DNA of 64,000 bases, from contig CBDETK010000013.1 in assembly GCA_965242865.1 (NCBI GenBank), forward strand, positions 2,144,001 to 2,208,000, given 5' to 3'. Of the stretch, positions 20,161-29,931 are shown piece after piece. This DNA comes from Candidatus Latescibacterota bacterium (GTDB lineage: Bacteria; Latescibacterota; UBA2968; UBA8231). The notes under the pieces are model-generated. The model saw only the letters and a program-made list of their open reading frames with translations. It had not been told where the DNA came from and did not search any database. How positions within the stretch are numbered: position 1 is the first letter of the stretch; every line of letters begins with the position of its first letter. Both the position numbers and the translations under genes were made by a program.

Positions 20161-23100
20161 GTCTTTGCGATAATCAGCCAAGTTATTAGCTCAAAATCAA
20201 CATGGCTCGGTTTTACAGATTTAGTCGGCAACCTGAAGTCTCTCGGGCCGCCAAGGCCCAGTTGCCGTATCTGCGTAGCTTTGTTCGCCCCGCCGATATG
20301 GGCCATCACGGCGTTCAGTAGTTGGTCGTAACGGGCCATGTCTTGGCCGTTTTGGGTTTCGCGGTCAAACTGGTCACACAGATTTCTCAGGGGCTCGGTC
20401 TTGCCGAGAGCCGCCGCTTCAAACAACTCTAGCACTTGTCGGGCATTGGCACAACCGTAGCGAATGTCGCCGTTGTCGCGGATGTACACCGCATAGTACG
20501 GATGAATCGGGCTGGCCCGTTTTTCTCTTTTGTCCGTGCCGGCCCTGCGCTGGCGCAGGAAAAATATCGCGCCCGGCCGACCGGTGTCGCCCGCCTCGTC
20601 GGTTACGGCATAGGCCCCGTAGGGCATTGCTTCCAGTTCCGCCTTATTTTTTTCCAAGTACCGAAACAATTGGACAAAAAAGTAATCGAGCGTAAAGTCG
20701 CTCATGACGACGCCATCGGACAACTCGTCCAAGTCCAGCACCTCTTCGCGTATTTTCTTTAGTTGCTCGTCGCGGAAGTTCAGCTCCATCTGGATCGGCT
20801 CAGACGAATCGTCGTTCAACGGGTCGTCGTCGCCGCTGGCCGTGGCGTCTGCCAAGGCCATGCGCGCTTGTACGCGGCTTTGTAGACGCAAATAGACCTC
20901 CATGTCCTCGGTGGGCCAAAAGTTAATCATCCGCACCGACGGGTTGCGGCTGCCGATGCGGTCAATGCGCCCGAAGTGCTGGATGATACGCACCGGATTC
21001 CAGTGGATGTCGTAGTTGAGTACGGTATCGCAATCCTGAAGGTTCTGCCCCTCTGAGATGCAATCGGTGGCAATCAGCAGGTCGATTTCGTCCGAGCTGG
21101 GGGGCCGCCCGTGTGCCCGCGGCGCGAAATGGGTCAGGATGACGTTGAAGTGGTTGGCGCCGGACGTGGTGCGCGTTGCGTTGCCAGAGACCATTGCCAT
21201 GTTCAACCCTAGTTCGTTTGCCAAGTCCGCTAGGTTTTCGTAGAGGTACTCGGCCGTGTCCTTGAAGGTGGTGAACACCAGCACCTTGCGGTTAGTCCGG
21301 CCGTCCTTGTCGGTCGTCGGGTGTTGTGCTTTGTCTCGAATGTGCTCTTTGATCGCTTGCAGCTTGCCGTCCCGCTCCGGCTCGATAATGCCGACCTGTT
21401 TATAGACCGCTTCCAAGGTCTTCTCGTCCTTCAGCAAGTCCTTTTTCCAGCGAGACAAGTCCAACTCGCGCAGATGGTAGGGAGTGCGCGCCCGATTGAT
21501 TAGAAATTCCTCGTCGTCGTCATCATCATCTGGGAGGATGTCCGCTTGTGCATCCGACAGCAGGTTTTGCTCGTAGCGATCTATCTTTGCCAGCAGGTCT
21601 CTAATTTTGCCGATAGTGCGCCCGAGCGTTTCCGTTAGAGAATGGGCCGAACTCTCGAGGCGTTTGAGAAAGTTGACCCGTATCATGCCGATGAGGAAGT
21701 GCTCGCGATCGGCCTGATTAAATCGCAGTTGCTTCTTTTCGTCTGCCAACCGTTTCTTAGCCTCCGCGCTAGTAACGTAGCTCGATGGCCGGTAGATGGA
21801 TAGGGCGAACTGCTCGATTTGTTCGGATAACTTTTTGTATGAAAGTTCGTCCTCTAAATCCGTCAACGGATAGCGATTTTTCGGCTGTTGCCGGGTGGGG
21901 AATTGGCCGATTCGGTCCATTTCCTCGGCGTAGAATCGCTTGATCTGCCGCCGCGAGCGAGCAATGGAAACGCCGCTCAGCAGCAGAAAAAAATCAGCAC
22001 CCAACGTCTCTAGTAACGTTGCCTTGTCTTTCTTGCCGCTCTTTTCAGCTTTGGTCTCCCATGCCTTAAACTCCTTTTGTGCCTGTCTCAGCAGCGTACC
22101 GATATGGCCAATTCCCAAACTTTCCCGGAACATGTCCTCGCGCTTTTCGGTCATCAGGTAAATCTGGTTACGGAGGTCAATAAGCGAGGTGTTGACCGGC
22201 GTGGCCGAAAGCATCAGCACCTTGGTTTGGGTCCCGGCTTTGATGACTTCTTCCAACAACCGCGAGTAGCGGCTGTGGCGAATCTCACCGCCTTTGTCGG
22301 CACGGGGCTTGGAGTCATTGCGGAAATTGTGCGATTCGTCGATGACCACCAGGTCAAAATTACGCCAGTTGAAATGGGCGAGATCAACGGTGCCGGCCTG
22401 CCCACTGCGGCGGGACAAGTCCGTGTGCGATAGCAAGGTGTAGCCAAAGCGGTCTTCGAGGAAGGGATTGCCCGTTTGGGCGATATAGGCTGGATACAAC
22501 GCCCAGTTTTCGCGCAACTTTTTGGGGCACAACACCAGGACCCGCTCGTTGCGCAATTCAAAGAACTTGATCACCGCTAACGCGGTATAGGTCTTTCCCA
22601 AGCCGACAGCGTCGGCCAAAATACAGCCGTTGTGCCGCAACAGGCGGGCGATCGCGCTCTTAGCTCCGTCTTTTTGGAAGTTGTACAGCGCGTTCCAGAT
22701 TGCGGTGTCGTATAGGTGCGTATCTTTTAGGTGGCTTTCGCCGGCTTTTCTCGCTTCGATGTCCTCCCGGAACAACTCGTAGAGCGTTTTGTAGTAAATC
22801 AACTCAGGCGCGTAGTCTCGGCCTATCCGCGCCAGCGCGGCTAGCACCTCTTTTTTAACATCCTTGGTCAACGCTTCGTCCGCCCATAGGTCGTCAAACC
22901 ATTGTTGCAGCTCGGCGCAAATCGCTGCGTTATGGGTTGCCAAGTTGATTTCCACATTGGCACTCGTTCCGCAGCCCAAGCCGCTACGGGTGAAGTTGGA
23001 GCTGCCAACCACTGCTGTGCCGACGTCGGCTGCTTGGGTGAGATACATTTTGCCGTGCAGAAAGTTGGATTGGCCGATGGAGCGAATTTTAACGCCTTTG

Positions 23101-23414
23101 CCGCGCACCCATGCCGCGCATTGCCGAGCGAGGTATTTCTGTTGCAAGGTGTATTGCGGGGATAGCCCCTCTTCGGTCAAGTCGAAGGCTTTTTGCGCTT
23201 TCGCGCCGGGGTCCAATTCGCCAACCGATGCCGGGTCGCCAAAAAGAAAGCGCACGTCCTCAACACCGCGCAATTCACCTTGCAGGGCCTCGTACCCATA
23301 AATGGTGAAATACGCCGAAACGAGGCGAAATACCTCGGCGGCGGACAGGTGCGGGCGCAGATAATCGACGACCTTGCGGGCGCGGTTATCTAAAATATGC
23401 TCGTATTGGGTCAT
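20157..23414 (-). CDS. PLD-nuclease + SNF2-type SF2 helicase
   Basis: HGKMY..GSSNFT (PLD HxK), DAVGLGKT, DESHNFRN, SATP, SEGQNLQ, GRIDRIG. Confidence 0.92.
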   Translation of the reverse strand: MTQYEHILDNRARKVVDYLRPHLSAAEVFRLVSAYFTIYGYEALQGELRGVEDVRFLFGDPASVGELDPGAKAQKAFDLTEEGLSPQYTLQQKYLARQCAAWVRGKGVKIRSIGQSNFLHGKMYLTQAADVGTAVVGSSNFTRSGLGCGTSANVEINLATHNAAICAELQQWFDDLWADEALTKDVKKEVLAALARIGRDYAPELIYYKTLYELFREDIEARKAGESHLKDTHLYDTAIWNALYNFQKDGAKSAIARLLRHNGCILADAVGLGKTYTALAVIKFFELRNERVLVLCPKKLRENWALYPAYIAQTGNPFLEDRFGYTLLSHTDLSRRSGQAGTVDLAHFNWRNFDLVVIDESHNFRNDSKPRADKGGEIRHSRYSRLLEEVIKAGTQTKVLMLSATPVNTSLIDLRNQIYLMTEKREDMFRESLGIGHIGTLLRQAQKEFKAWETKAEKSGKKDKATLLETLGADFFLLLSGVSIARSRRQIKRFYAEEMDRIGQFPTRQQPKNRYPLTDLEDELSYKKLSEQIEQFALSIYRPSSYVTSAEAKKRLADEKKQLRFNQADREHFLIGMIRVNFLKRLESSAHSLTETLGRTIGKIRDLLAKIDRYEQNLLSDAQADILPDDDDDDEEFLINRARTPYHLRELDLSRWKKDLLKDEKTLEAVYKQVGIIEPERDGKLQAIKEHIRDKAQHPTTDKDGRTNRKVLVFTTFKDTAEYLYENLADLANELGLNMAMVSGNATRTTSGANHFNVILTHFAPRAHGRPPSSDEIDLLIATDCISEGQNLQDCDTVLNYDIHWNPVRIIQHFGRIDRIGSRNPSVRMINFWPTEDMEVYLRLQSRVQARMALADATASGDDDPLNDDSSEPIQMELNFRDEQLKKIREEVLDLDELSDGVVMSDFTLDYFFVQLFRYLEKNKAELEAMPYGAYAVTDEAGDTGRPGAIFFLRQRRAGTDKREKRASPIHPYYAVYIRDNGDIRYGCANARQVLELFEAAALGKTEPLRNLCDQFDRETQNGQDMARYDQLLNAVMAHIGGANKATQIRQLGLGGPRDFRLPTKSVKPSHVDFELITWLIIAKT

Positions 23415-23445
23415 TTTTAATCGCTTCCATTAAGACCTTCATCGG

Positions 23446-25116
23446 CTAGGGGTCGCCGAGCATTTCCAGTAGGTCGCCGCGCCTGAAGGTCGCCGACAAC
23501 TGCTGGAGCGAAACATCTCGGTCGCCGTAGCAAGCCGTTAGCGCGTTTTTCAGTGCTTGGGTGGCATTCGCATGGTATTGGGCTTGATTGTCCTCAAGCA
23601 CCGTTAAGAGTTCCTGAATGTTTTGATGGGAAACCTGATCGAGGAGGATACCCTTATCCTTTAGGAGCTTGCGCCCAATCAACATGGCGATGCAGTGGGA
23701 CGAATAGGGTAGAAAGTCCGGCGGCGTTGCCGTTGTCGGGCGTTTCCTTTCGTTCTCGACCGCCCTGAAAATCAAGACCGCAAGCAATGCCTGAGCCGCG
23801 TTGAGTTGTGCAAAGATATCCTCGTACAGTTTGCCAAAATGCTCTTTGCGGCGAAATTTGGCTTGGTGCGGTCTTTCGCGCCAGATCGCCAGCACGGCTT
23901 CTGCCACAATCCAGCTAGTGATAACCGACGCTCCACCTCCCCTTTCCTCCCGCTGGCGTTTGTACGTATAGCCCAGCCCAGCCAAGCCCAACTCCAACTG
24001 CTTCTGCATCTCATCGGTGGATCGCAAGTCCCTGAGATCCACGGGGTTTTGACTGTTGGTGGCATAGGTGATGTCTTGGACGAGCTCTTTATGTGTATCG
24101 GCCAACTGGTAAATGCGAATCAACAGATACGCTGATTTGCCGCACAGATTGGGCAAACTTCCGTTTAGTGCTTCTTGAATCGTCTTGCAGGTCTGCCCCC
24201 CGTTAATCACCTGTATATTCTTGAGTTGTACTTGATAGTCTGATTGCTGAAAAGCGTTGTAATCAAACCGGTCGCAGACTGCGGTAATGCCGTTGTTGTA
24301 GAAGTAGAATTTGTCCGATTTGTTTGGATCGCAAAGCGTCTCGTGAATTGCGGTGTTGACGCGGTTGGCGTGAAGCCCAAGGTAACGGCGGATGTTGCGC
24401 TCTAGCAGGCTGTCGCCGTGATCGTTAAACAGTCGTTGGATCTCTTGCACGGAAACGCGCCCGACCAAAACGCGCATGTAGTTCATATCTTCTACAATGG
24501 CTTTCCCACTAAGCGTCAGGGTGGTATCCACCTGTTTGCTGCGCTGTAAGATACTGACGACGGCATCGTGGTTGAAGTGGAGGAACTTCACTTTGTCGCC
24601 GAACTGCTTTCCTGCGTCAGCTACCCAACTATCCGCTTGCGACGTCCACTGGTCTCCGTTATTGCAAAGGATTACCCGAACATTGGGAATATACGCATCT
24701 CGGATCAGCGAGCGAATTTCCTCAATTTTAGGGGCTATTTTTTCATTCAGCTCGACATTCCGATTGGGATCAAACAGTATCCGCACGGTATCTACCGCTT
24801 TTTGTACCCCATTTTCCGGGAAGTTTGCTGTGCCGCTTAGGTCCTTGACTTTGTACTTGCCTTGGAAAATTGTGACGAGAAAATCGCCGTCTTCAATCTC
24901 GCCAATGTGAAGCCCATCAACGCCGGCATCGTTGCCGCCTTCAGTAAGTAACTCGGCGCTGTCTTCAAGCGTCATTTCAAGGCACGTTGACATGCACAGG
25001 AGCACAAATGCCGCCGACTTCTTTTGGTTGATGTCGTTCCCTTGCGGCAGCCATTCGGGGTGCTCTTCAACAATACCCGAAACCCTCTGATCGATAATAC
25101 TGGCATTGATGTTCAT
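23446..25116 (-). CDS. AIPR family (abortive infection phage resistance) protein
   Basis: ERNIRRYLG, FYFYNNGIT, QVINGGQT, TNSQNPV..DL. Confidence 0.9.
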   Translation of the reverse strand: MNINASIIDQRVSGIVEEHPEWLPQGNDINQKKSAAFVLLCMSTCLEMTLEDSAELLTEGGNDAGVDGLHIGEIEDGDFLVTIFQGKYKVKDLSGTANFPENGVQKAVDTVRILFDPNRNVELNEKIAPKIEEIRSLIRDAYIPNVRVILCNNGDQWTSQADSWVADAGKQFGDKVKFLHFNHDAVVSILQRSKQVDTTLTLSGKAIVEDMNYMRVLVGRVSVQEIQRLFNDHGDSLLERNIRRYLGLHANRVNTAIHETLCDPNKSDKFYFYNNGITAVCDRFDYNAFQQSDYQVQLKNIQVINGGQTCKTIQEALNGSLPNLCGKSAYLLIRIYQLADTHKELVQDITYATNSQNPVDLRDLRSTDEMQKQLELGLAGLGYTYKRQREERGGGASVITSWIVAEAVLAIWRERPHQAKFRRKEHFGKLYEDIFAQLNAAQALLAVLIFRAVENERKRPTTATPPDFLPYSSHCIAMLIGRKLLKDKGILLDQVSHQNIQELLTVLEDNQAQYHANATQALKNALTACYGDRDVSLQQLSATFRRGDLLEMLGDP

Positions 25117-25165
25117 GGATTTCTCCTCATCGGACAGTTTGGCTAGTGCCGAGACCTCTCGCCCG

Positions 25166-26053
25166 TCAAAAGCGCAGCAATTCCCCCTCGCCAAAGACGA
25201 GTAGATCGGCCCAGATCGCGGCAAAATAGAGCAGGCTGACCGCGCTGTTGACCGTCATAAAGGCCGTGCTCAAGCGGGACAGATCGTCGGCCCGCACCAG
25301 CCGGTGCTCATGCACCAGCAAGCCGGCGACCACTGCGACCCCCAACCAATACAACAGGCTCAAGCCGGCCGTGTACCCCACGAGCACGAGCAACACTGCG
25401 AACAAGAGGTGCAAGGCGCGGGCAATGTACAGGGCGCGGGCAATGCCAAAGCGGACCGGGATGGAATGGAGGCCGGCCCGGACGTCAAAGGCGCGGTCTT
25501 GGCAAGCGTAGATGATGTCAAAGCCGGCCACCCAAACCAGCACCGCCGCGCAGAGCAGCAGCGGGATCAGGTCAAAACTACCGGCGACCGCAATCCAAGC
25601 ACCCAGCGGCGCCCCGCCCAAACTCAGCCCCAAAACCAAGTGGGAGGCCCAAGTGAAGCGCTTGGTCAGCGAATAGAACAAGAGCACGGCCAAAATTAGC
25701 GGCGACAGGTAAAAGCACAGCGAGTTGAGTTGGTACGCGGCTAAGGCCAAGGCCAAGGCCGATAAAATCACGAACAACCCCACGGCCTGCGGCGAGACCG
25801 CCCCTTGCGGCAGTTCGCGGTTTTGGGTGCGGGGATTGGCCGCGTCGAGCTGGCGGTCGACGAGGCGATTGAAGCCCATGGCCGCGCTGCGGGCCCCCAC
25901 CATCGCCAGCGCGATCCAGCCGAGCTGGGCCGGGGTGATGCCCGTGGGCGGCGCGGCCAGCAAGGCACCGCTAAAGGCAAAGGGCAGCGCAAAGACGCTG
26001 TGGGAGAACTTGATCATGCGGCCGTACACCGCAATCGCCGGCAAGAAAGCCAT
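25166..26053 (-). CDS. UbiA-family prenyltransferase (MqnP-like)
   Basis: IKFSHSVFALPFA, RSAAMGFNRLVDRQLDAANPRT..RELP, FDIIYACQD. Confidence 0.9.
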   Translation of the reverse strand: MAFLPAIAVYGRMIKFSHSVFALPFAFSGALLAAPPTGITPAQLGWIALAMVGARSAAMGFNRLVDRQLDAANPRTQNRELPQGAVSPQAVGLFVILSALALALAAYQLNSLCFYLSPLILAVLLFYSLTKRFTWASHLVLGLSLGGAPLGAWIAVAGSFDLIPLLLCAAVLVWVAGFDIIYACQDRAFDVRAGLHSIPVRFGIARALYIARALHLLFAVLLVLVGYTAGLSLLYWLGVAVVAGLLVHEHRLVRADDLSRLSTAFMTVNSAVSLLYFAAIWADLLVFGEGELLRF

Positions 26054-26069
26054 CGCGCCTCTCCCTTCG

Positions 26070-26864
26070 TCAGGCCGCAGGATAAAAGCGCAGCCGAGGG
26101 ACCGCGCCGATCAGGCCGTGGCGGTGAGCCAACTGGTAAAACAGCCGCAACCCGGCTTGGGCGGCCTCGTCCAAATCAAAGCGGATGTGGTGGGTCAGAT
26201 AGTGCTCGTAGAACGCGGGCGAGCCGCCGCATTCTCGGCTGTACGCTACGGCGATAGACGGCACTTGGCACAGCCCCTGACCTTTGGCCCCCTGCAACTG
26301 TTGGACTTGGGCGGGGCTGAGTGCCTGCGGCCGGCCAGCCCAAAAGGCAAAGACAAACGGCAGCTCGGTCATGGCCGTCCATTCCTGCCCCAAGTCCAAG
26401 CTCGCCAAGTCCCGGTCCAAGTGCGGGAAGACCCGATCGCCGATGAGCAGGGCCGCGTCCGCACGCGCCAGCATGGCCTCTAGATCGGGCGGCGTTTCGA
26501 TCAGTTGCGGCGTGAGAGCGAATTTTTCGCGCAGTAGAATGGACAACAAAGCGACCGAAGTGCGGGAACAGGTGGCCAAGGCGATGCGCTTGATCTGCGG
26601 CACTGGACGCTGGCAAAAGAGGCGCACCGTCAGCACCGGCCCCTGCGAACCAATGGCTATATCGGGGACGATCCAGTAGGGGCGCACGCTGCGGGCGTAT
26701 TCGATCGCGGGAATGATGCCTACGTCGATGGCGCCAGCCGCCAAGGCACGGGCGCAGTGCGAGGGCACCGAATAACTCAGGGCGAACGGCGCGGGATCGC
26801 GCTCGAGGGCAACGACGAGGGGCCGCGTGTTGAGGTACGGGACCGCGCCCAAGCGCGGCTTCAT
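26070..26864 (-). CDS. mqnA: Chorismate dehydratase MqnA
   Basis: GAVPYLNTRPL, SRTSV.L, LLIGD, DLG.EW..T.LPFVFAFW. Confidence 0.9.
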   Translation of the reverse strand: MKPRLGAVPYLNTRPLVVALERDPAPFALSYSVPSHCARALAAGAIDVGIIPAIEYARSVRPYWIVPDIAIGSQGPVLTVRLFCQRPVPQIKRIALATCSRTSVALLSILLREKFALTPQLIETPPDLEAMLARADAALLIGDRVFPHLDRDLASLDLGQEWTAMTELPFVFAFWAGRPQALSPAQVQQLQGAKGQGLCQVPSIAVAYSRECGGSPAFYEHYLTHHIRFDLDEAAQAGLRLFYQLAHRHGLIGAVPRLRFYPAA

Positions 26865-27988
26865 GGCAGAGCGTGGCTCCGACAGGGCGAAGCCACTGGC
26901 GCGTAGCGCGTGTTGCGTCGGCGCGGTGCAAAGCCCGCGTCGCGGATGAGCCGCTGCATGGCATCCAAGCCCATCTCGTTGGTGTGGCTAGTGCCGGCCG
27001 CACTGACGACGTTTTCTTCGAGCATGGTGCTGCCGAAGTCGTTGACGCCGTAGCGCAAGCTGACTTGGGCGATTTTAGGCCCTTGGGTGACCCACGAGGC
27101 CTGTAGGCTGGGGATGTTGTCGAGGAAAAGCCGCGCTACGGCCACCGTGCGCAGGTGGTCGTACCCGGTCGCTTTGACGCCGTTCCAGCGGGCCGCGTCC
27201 GCCCCCAAATCCGTGTGGTCGGGCTGGAAGTTCCAAGCAATAAAGGCGGTGAAGCCGCCGCGTTCGTCTTGGAGCTGCCGCAGGCGGTCTAGGTGCTCTA
27301 GGCGGTGTTCGACCGTCTCCACATGGCCGTACATCATCGTGGCCGTCGTGGGCATTCCCAGCGCGTGCGCCACGCGATGCACTTCCAGCCACTCCGCGGT
27401 GCGATCCTTGCGAAAGCCGATCGCGTCGCGCACCTCGTCGTTGAGGATCTCAGCCCCGGCGCCGGGGATCGAATCCAGCCCGGCGTCGCGCAGGCGGCGA
27501 ATGGTCGCGTCGAGCGGTAGCCGCGACAGGTGCGCGATGTAAATGATTTCCGTGGCCGAAAGACAGTGTAGCTGCACTTGGGGATAGCGGTCTCGGATCG
27601 CCGAGAGCAACTGTTCGTAGTAATCGAGGCGCAGCTTGGGGTTGAGACCGCCCTGCATGAGGATCTCGCAGGACTTGGGCTCGTCGCCGCCAAAGGCCAC
27701 CAGCTCGTCGATTTTGGCAAATATCTGCTCGTCGGGCAGGACGTAGCCCTCGCTAGACTTAGGCGACCGGTAGAAGGCGCAAAAGTCGCACTTGACCCAG
27801 CAGACATTGGTGTAGTTGATGTTGCGCCCGACGTTGTACGTGACCACCGGCTCGGGGTGTTTTTGCCGACGCACCCAGTGCGCCAGCATCCCCAGCTCGG
27901 CGAGGTTGTGGTGCGCGAACAGGCGGCGGGCATCCGCGAGCGCGAGGCGCTTTCCGGCATAGACCTTTTCGGCAATATCGGCGATCAC
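26861..27988 (-). CDS. mqnC: Cyclic dehypoxanthine futalosine synthase MqnC
   Basis: RNINYTNVC..KCDFCAF, MQGG.NP, QASWVTQG, NDFGSTMLEENVV. Confidence 0.92.
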   Translation of the reverse strand: MIADIAEKVYAGKRLALADARRLFAHHNLAELGMLAHWVRRQKHPEPVVTYNVGRNINYTNVCWVKCDFCAFYRSPKSSEGYVLPDEQIFAKIDELVAFGGDEPKSCEILMQGGLNPKLRLDYYEQLLSAIRDRYPQVQLHCLSATEIIYIAHLSRLPLDATIRRLRDAGLDSIPGAGAEILNDEVRDAIGFRKDRTAEWLEVHRVAHALGMPTTATMMYGHVETVEHRLEHLDRLRQLQDERGGFTAFIAWNFQPDHTDLGADAARWNGVKATGYDHLRTVAVARLFLDNIPSLQASWVTQGPKIAQVSLRYGVNDFGSTMLEENVVSAAGTSHTNEMGLDAMQRLIRDAGFAPRRRNTRYAPVASPCRSHALP

Positions 27989-27992
27989 GAGG

Positions 27993-29117
27993 CTATCCGG
28001 CCGCGGCCAGCAAGGCCGGGGTATCGGCGACGATGTTGTAGAGGGAGTCGCGCTCGATGGGCCGACGGCCGGCCTCGACGATGCGCTGCACGAGCTCGGC
28101 CTGCGTCAGCCGCTGCTCGGTGTGGGCGAAACTTTTGCGGGTGATTTCGTAGTCCATGACCGTGCCGTCGATATCGTCGGCCCCGTACCAGAGCGCGGCC
28201 TGCGAAATCTCAATGGTATTCATGATCCAGAAGGTCTTGACGTGGGGGAAGTTGTCGAGCATCAACCGCCCCACGGCGATTTCCTTGAGATCGAGGCACC
28301 CCGTAGGCCCGGGCAGGTGCTCCAACTCGGTGCGCTCGGGGTGAAAGGAGAGCGGGATGTAGCAGAGGAAGCCGCCGGTGTCGTCCTGCACTTCGCGCAG
28401 CCGCACGAGGTGATAGACCTTTTCCGCGGTGTTTTCGATGTGGCCATAGAGCATGGTGGCGTTGGAGGGCAGGCCGGCTCGGTGCGCCGCCTGCGCGATT
28501 TTCAGCCATTCCTCGGAATCCGCCTTGGTCCAGAAAAGGTCGCCTTGGACCCGATCGCTAAAGACTTCGGCCCCGCCGCCGGGCAGGGACTCCAGCCCGG
28601 CCTCCTTTAGGTCGGCAAAGATCGCTGCGAGCGGCTTTTTGGCGATGCGCTGAATCTGGGCGATCTCAATCATGGTGAAGGCCTTCAGATGCGCGGTTGG
28701 GCGGGCTTGCTTCATGGCCCGCAAGACGTCGAGATAGTATGAGTAGGGCAGCTTGGGATTGACGCCGCCGACCATGTGGAGCTCGGTGATCGGGGCCTGA
28801 TCGTACTCGGCGACCCGCGCCGCGACCTGCTCGGGCGTCAACACGTACCCGCGCTCGTCTTTGGGCTTGACGTAAAAGGAGCAGAACTTGCAGAGCTTGT
28901 TGCAGATGTTGGTGTAGTTGATGTGCTGGTTGCGCACGTAGTACGCAACATCGCCGCTGGCGCGCTCGCGGACGATATTGGCTAGATAGCCCAAGATGGG
29001 CAGGTCATCGCAGGCGTACAGGCGCAGGCCATCGTCTGCGCTCAAGCGCTGCCCGGCCAGCACCTTGCGGTGAATGTCGCCGAGGCCAGCGCGGCCAATA
29101 AGGTCGTCGTAAATCAC
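27993..29117 (-). CDS. mqnE: Aminofutalosine synthase MqnE
   Basis: CNKLCKFC radical SAM motif, ELHMVGG, PGGGAEVF, NATMLYGH, LDNFPHVK, GADDIDGT. Confidence 0.9.
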   Translation of the reverse strand: MIYDDLIGRAGLGDIHRKVLAGQRLSADDGLRLYACDDLPILGYLANIVRERASGDVAYYVRNQHINYTNICNKLCKFCSFYVKPKDERGYVLTPEQVAARVAEYDQAPITELHMVGGVNPKLPYSYYLDVLRAMKQARPTAHLKAFTMIEIAQIQRIAKKPLAAIFADLKEAGLESLPGGGAEVFSDRVQGDLFWTKADSEEWLKIAQAAHRAGLPSNATMLYGHIENTAEKVYHLVRLREVQDDTGGFLCYIPLSFHPERTELEHLPGPTGCLDLKEIAVGRLMLDNFPHVKTFWIMNTIEISQAALWYGADDIDGTVMDYEITRKSFAHTEQRLTQAELVQRIVEAGRRPIERDSLYNIVADTPALLAAAG

Positions 29118-29159
29118 TTCGTTCTCCCGCGTTTAGTACATAAATACACCATAGCTATC

Positions 29160-29888
29160 CTATTCGTCAACCGGCCCTTTGACGCCTTGGTACACCGCGG
29201 CAATCCCCAAAGTCAGGGGCGTGTAGCGCGGCTTTTTGAAACCGGCCGCGCCGAGCAATTCGACAAAGGCCGGCCCCTGGGGAAAGGCCCCGACCGAGCG
29301 CGGCAGATAGGCGTAGGCCCGACGCTGGCCGGAAACGAGGCCGCCGATTAGGGGCAGCACTTTGTGGAAGTAAAACCCGTACAATTGCCGGAACAGCGGC
29401 GTCGTAGGCTCGCAGAAGTCGAGCACCAAGAGCTGACCGCCGGGCTTGAGGACGCGATGGGCCTCGGCCAAGCCGCTGGGAATGTGGCCGAAATTGCGCA
29501 CTCCAAAGGCCCCGGTCACCAGGTCGAAGGTGCTATGCTGAAACGGCAACTGCTCGGCGTCGCCAACCAGCAGCGTTACGCGGCCGGCCGGTCCCTTGGC
29601 CGCCACCTTGGCCGCCCCTAGCCGCAGCATCTCAACGGCCACGTCAATGCCGATGACCTGCTGCGGTCCTAAGCGGGCGGCCGCGAGGGCAAAATCGCCG
29701 GTGCCCGTCGCCAGATCCAAGACGCGCTGCGGGGCGGTCCGCGCGACGCCGTGGAGGGCGCGTCGCCGCCAGTACACATCTACGCCGCCGCTGAGGAGGT
29801 GGTTGAGCAGGTCGTAGTGCCGAGCAATGGCGTTGAACATGTCGCGGTTGCGCCTCTTGTGTTCGGCGACGGTTTGTTTATTCTCCAT
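29160..29888 (-). CDS. menG: UbiE/MenG-family quinone methyltransferase
   Basis: MFNAIA.HYDLLNHLLSGG.D..WR, LDLATGTGD, AFGVRN. Confidence 0.88.
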   Translation of the reverse strand: MENKQTVAEHKRRNRDMFNAIARHYDLLNHLLSGGVDVYWRRRALHGVARTAPQRVLDLATGTGDFALAAARLGPQQVIGIDVAVEMLRLGAAKVAAKGPAGRVTLLVGDAEQLPFQHSTFDLVTGAFGVRNFGHIPSGLAEAHRVLKPGGQLLVLDFCEPTTPLFRQLYGFYFHKVLPLIGGLVSGQRRAYAYLPRSVGAFPQGPAFVELLGAAGFKKPRYTPLTLGIAAVYQGVKGPVDE

Positions 29889-29931
29889 GCAGAAAAGCTA
29901 GTCCCCTTGCCATCCCTGTCAACAAGCGCTT

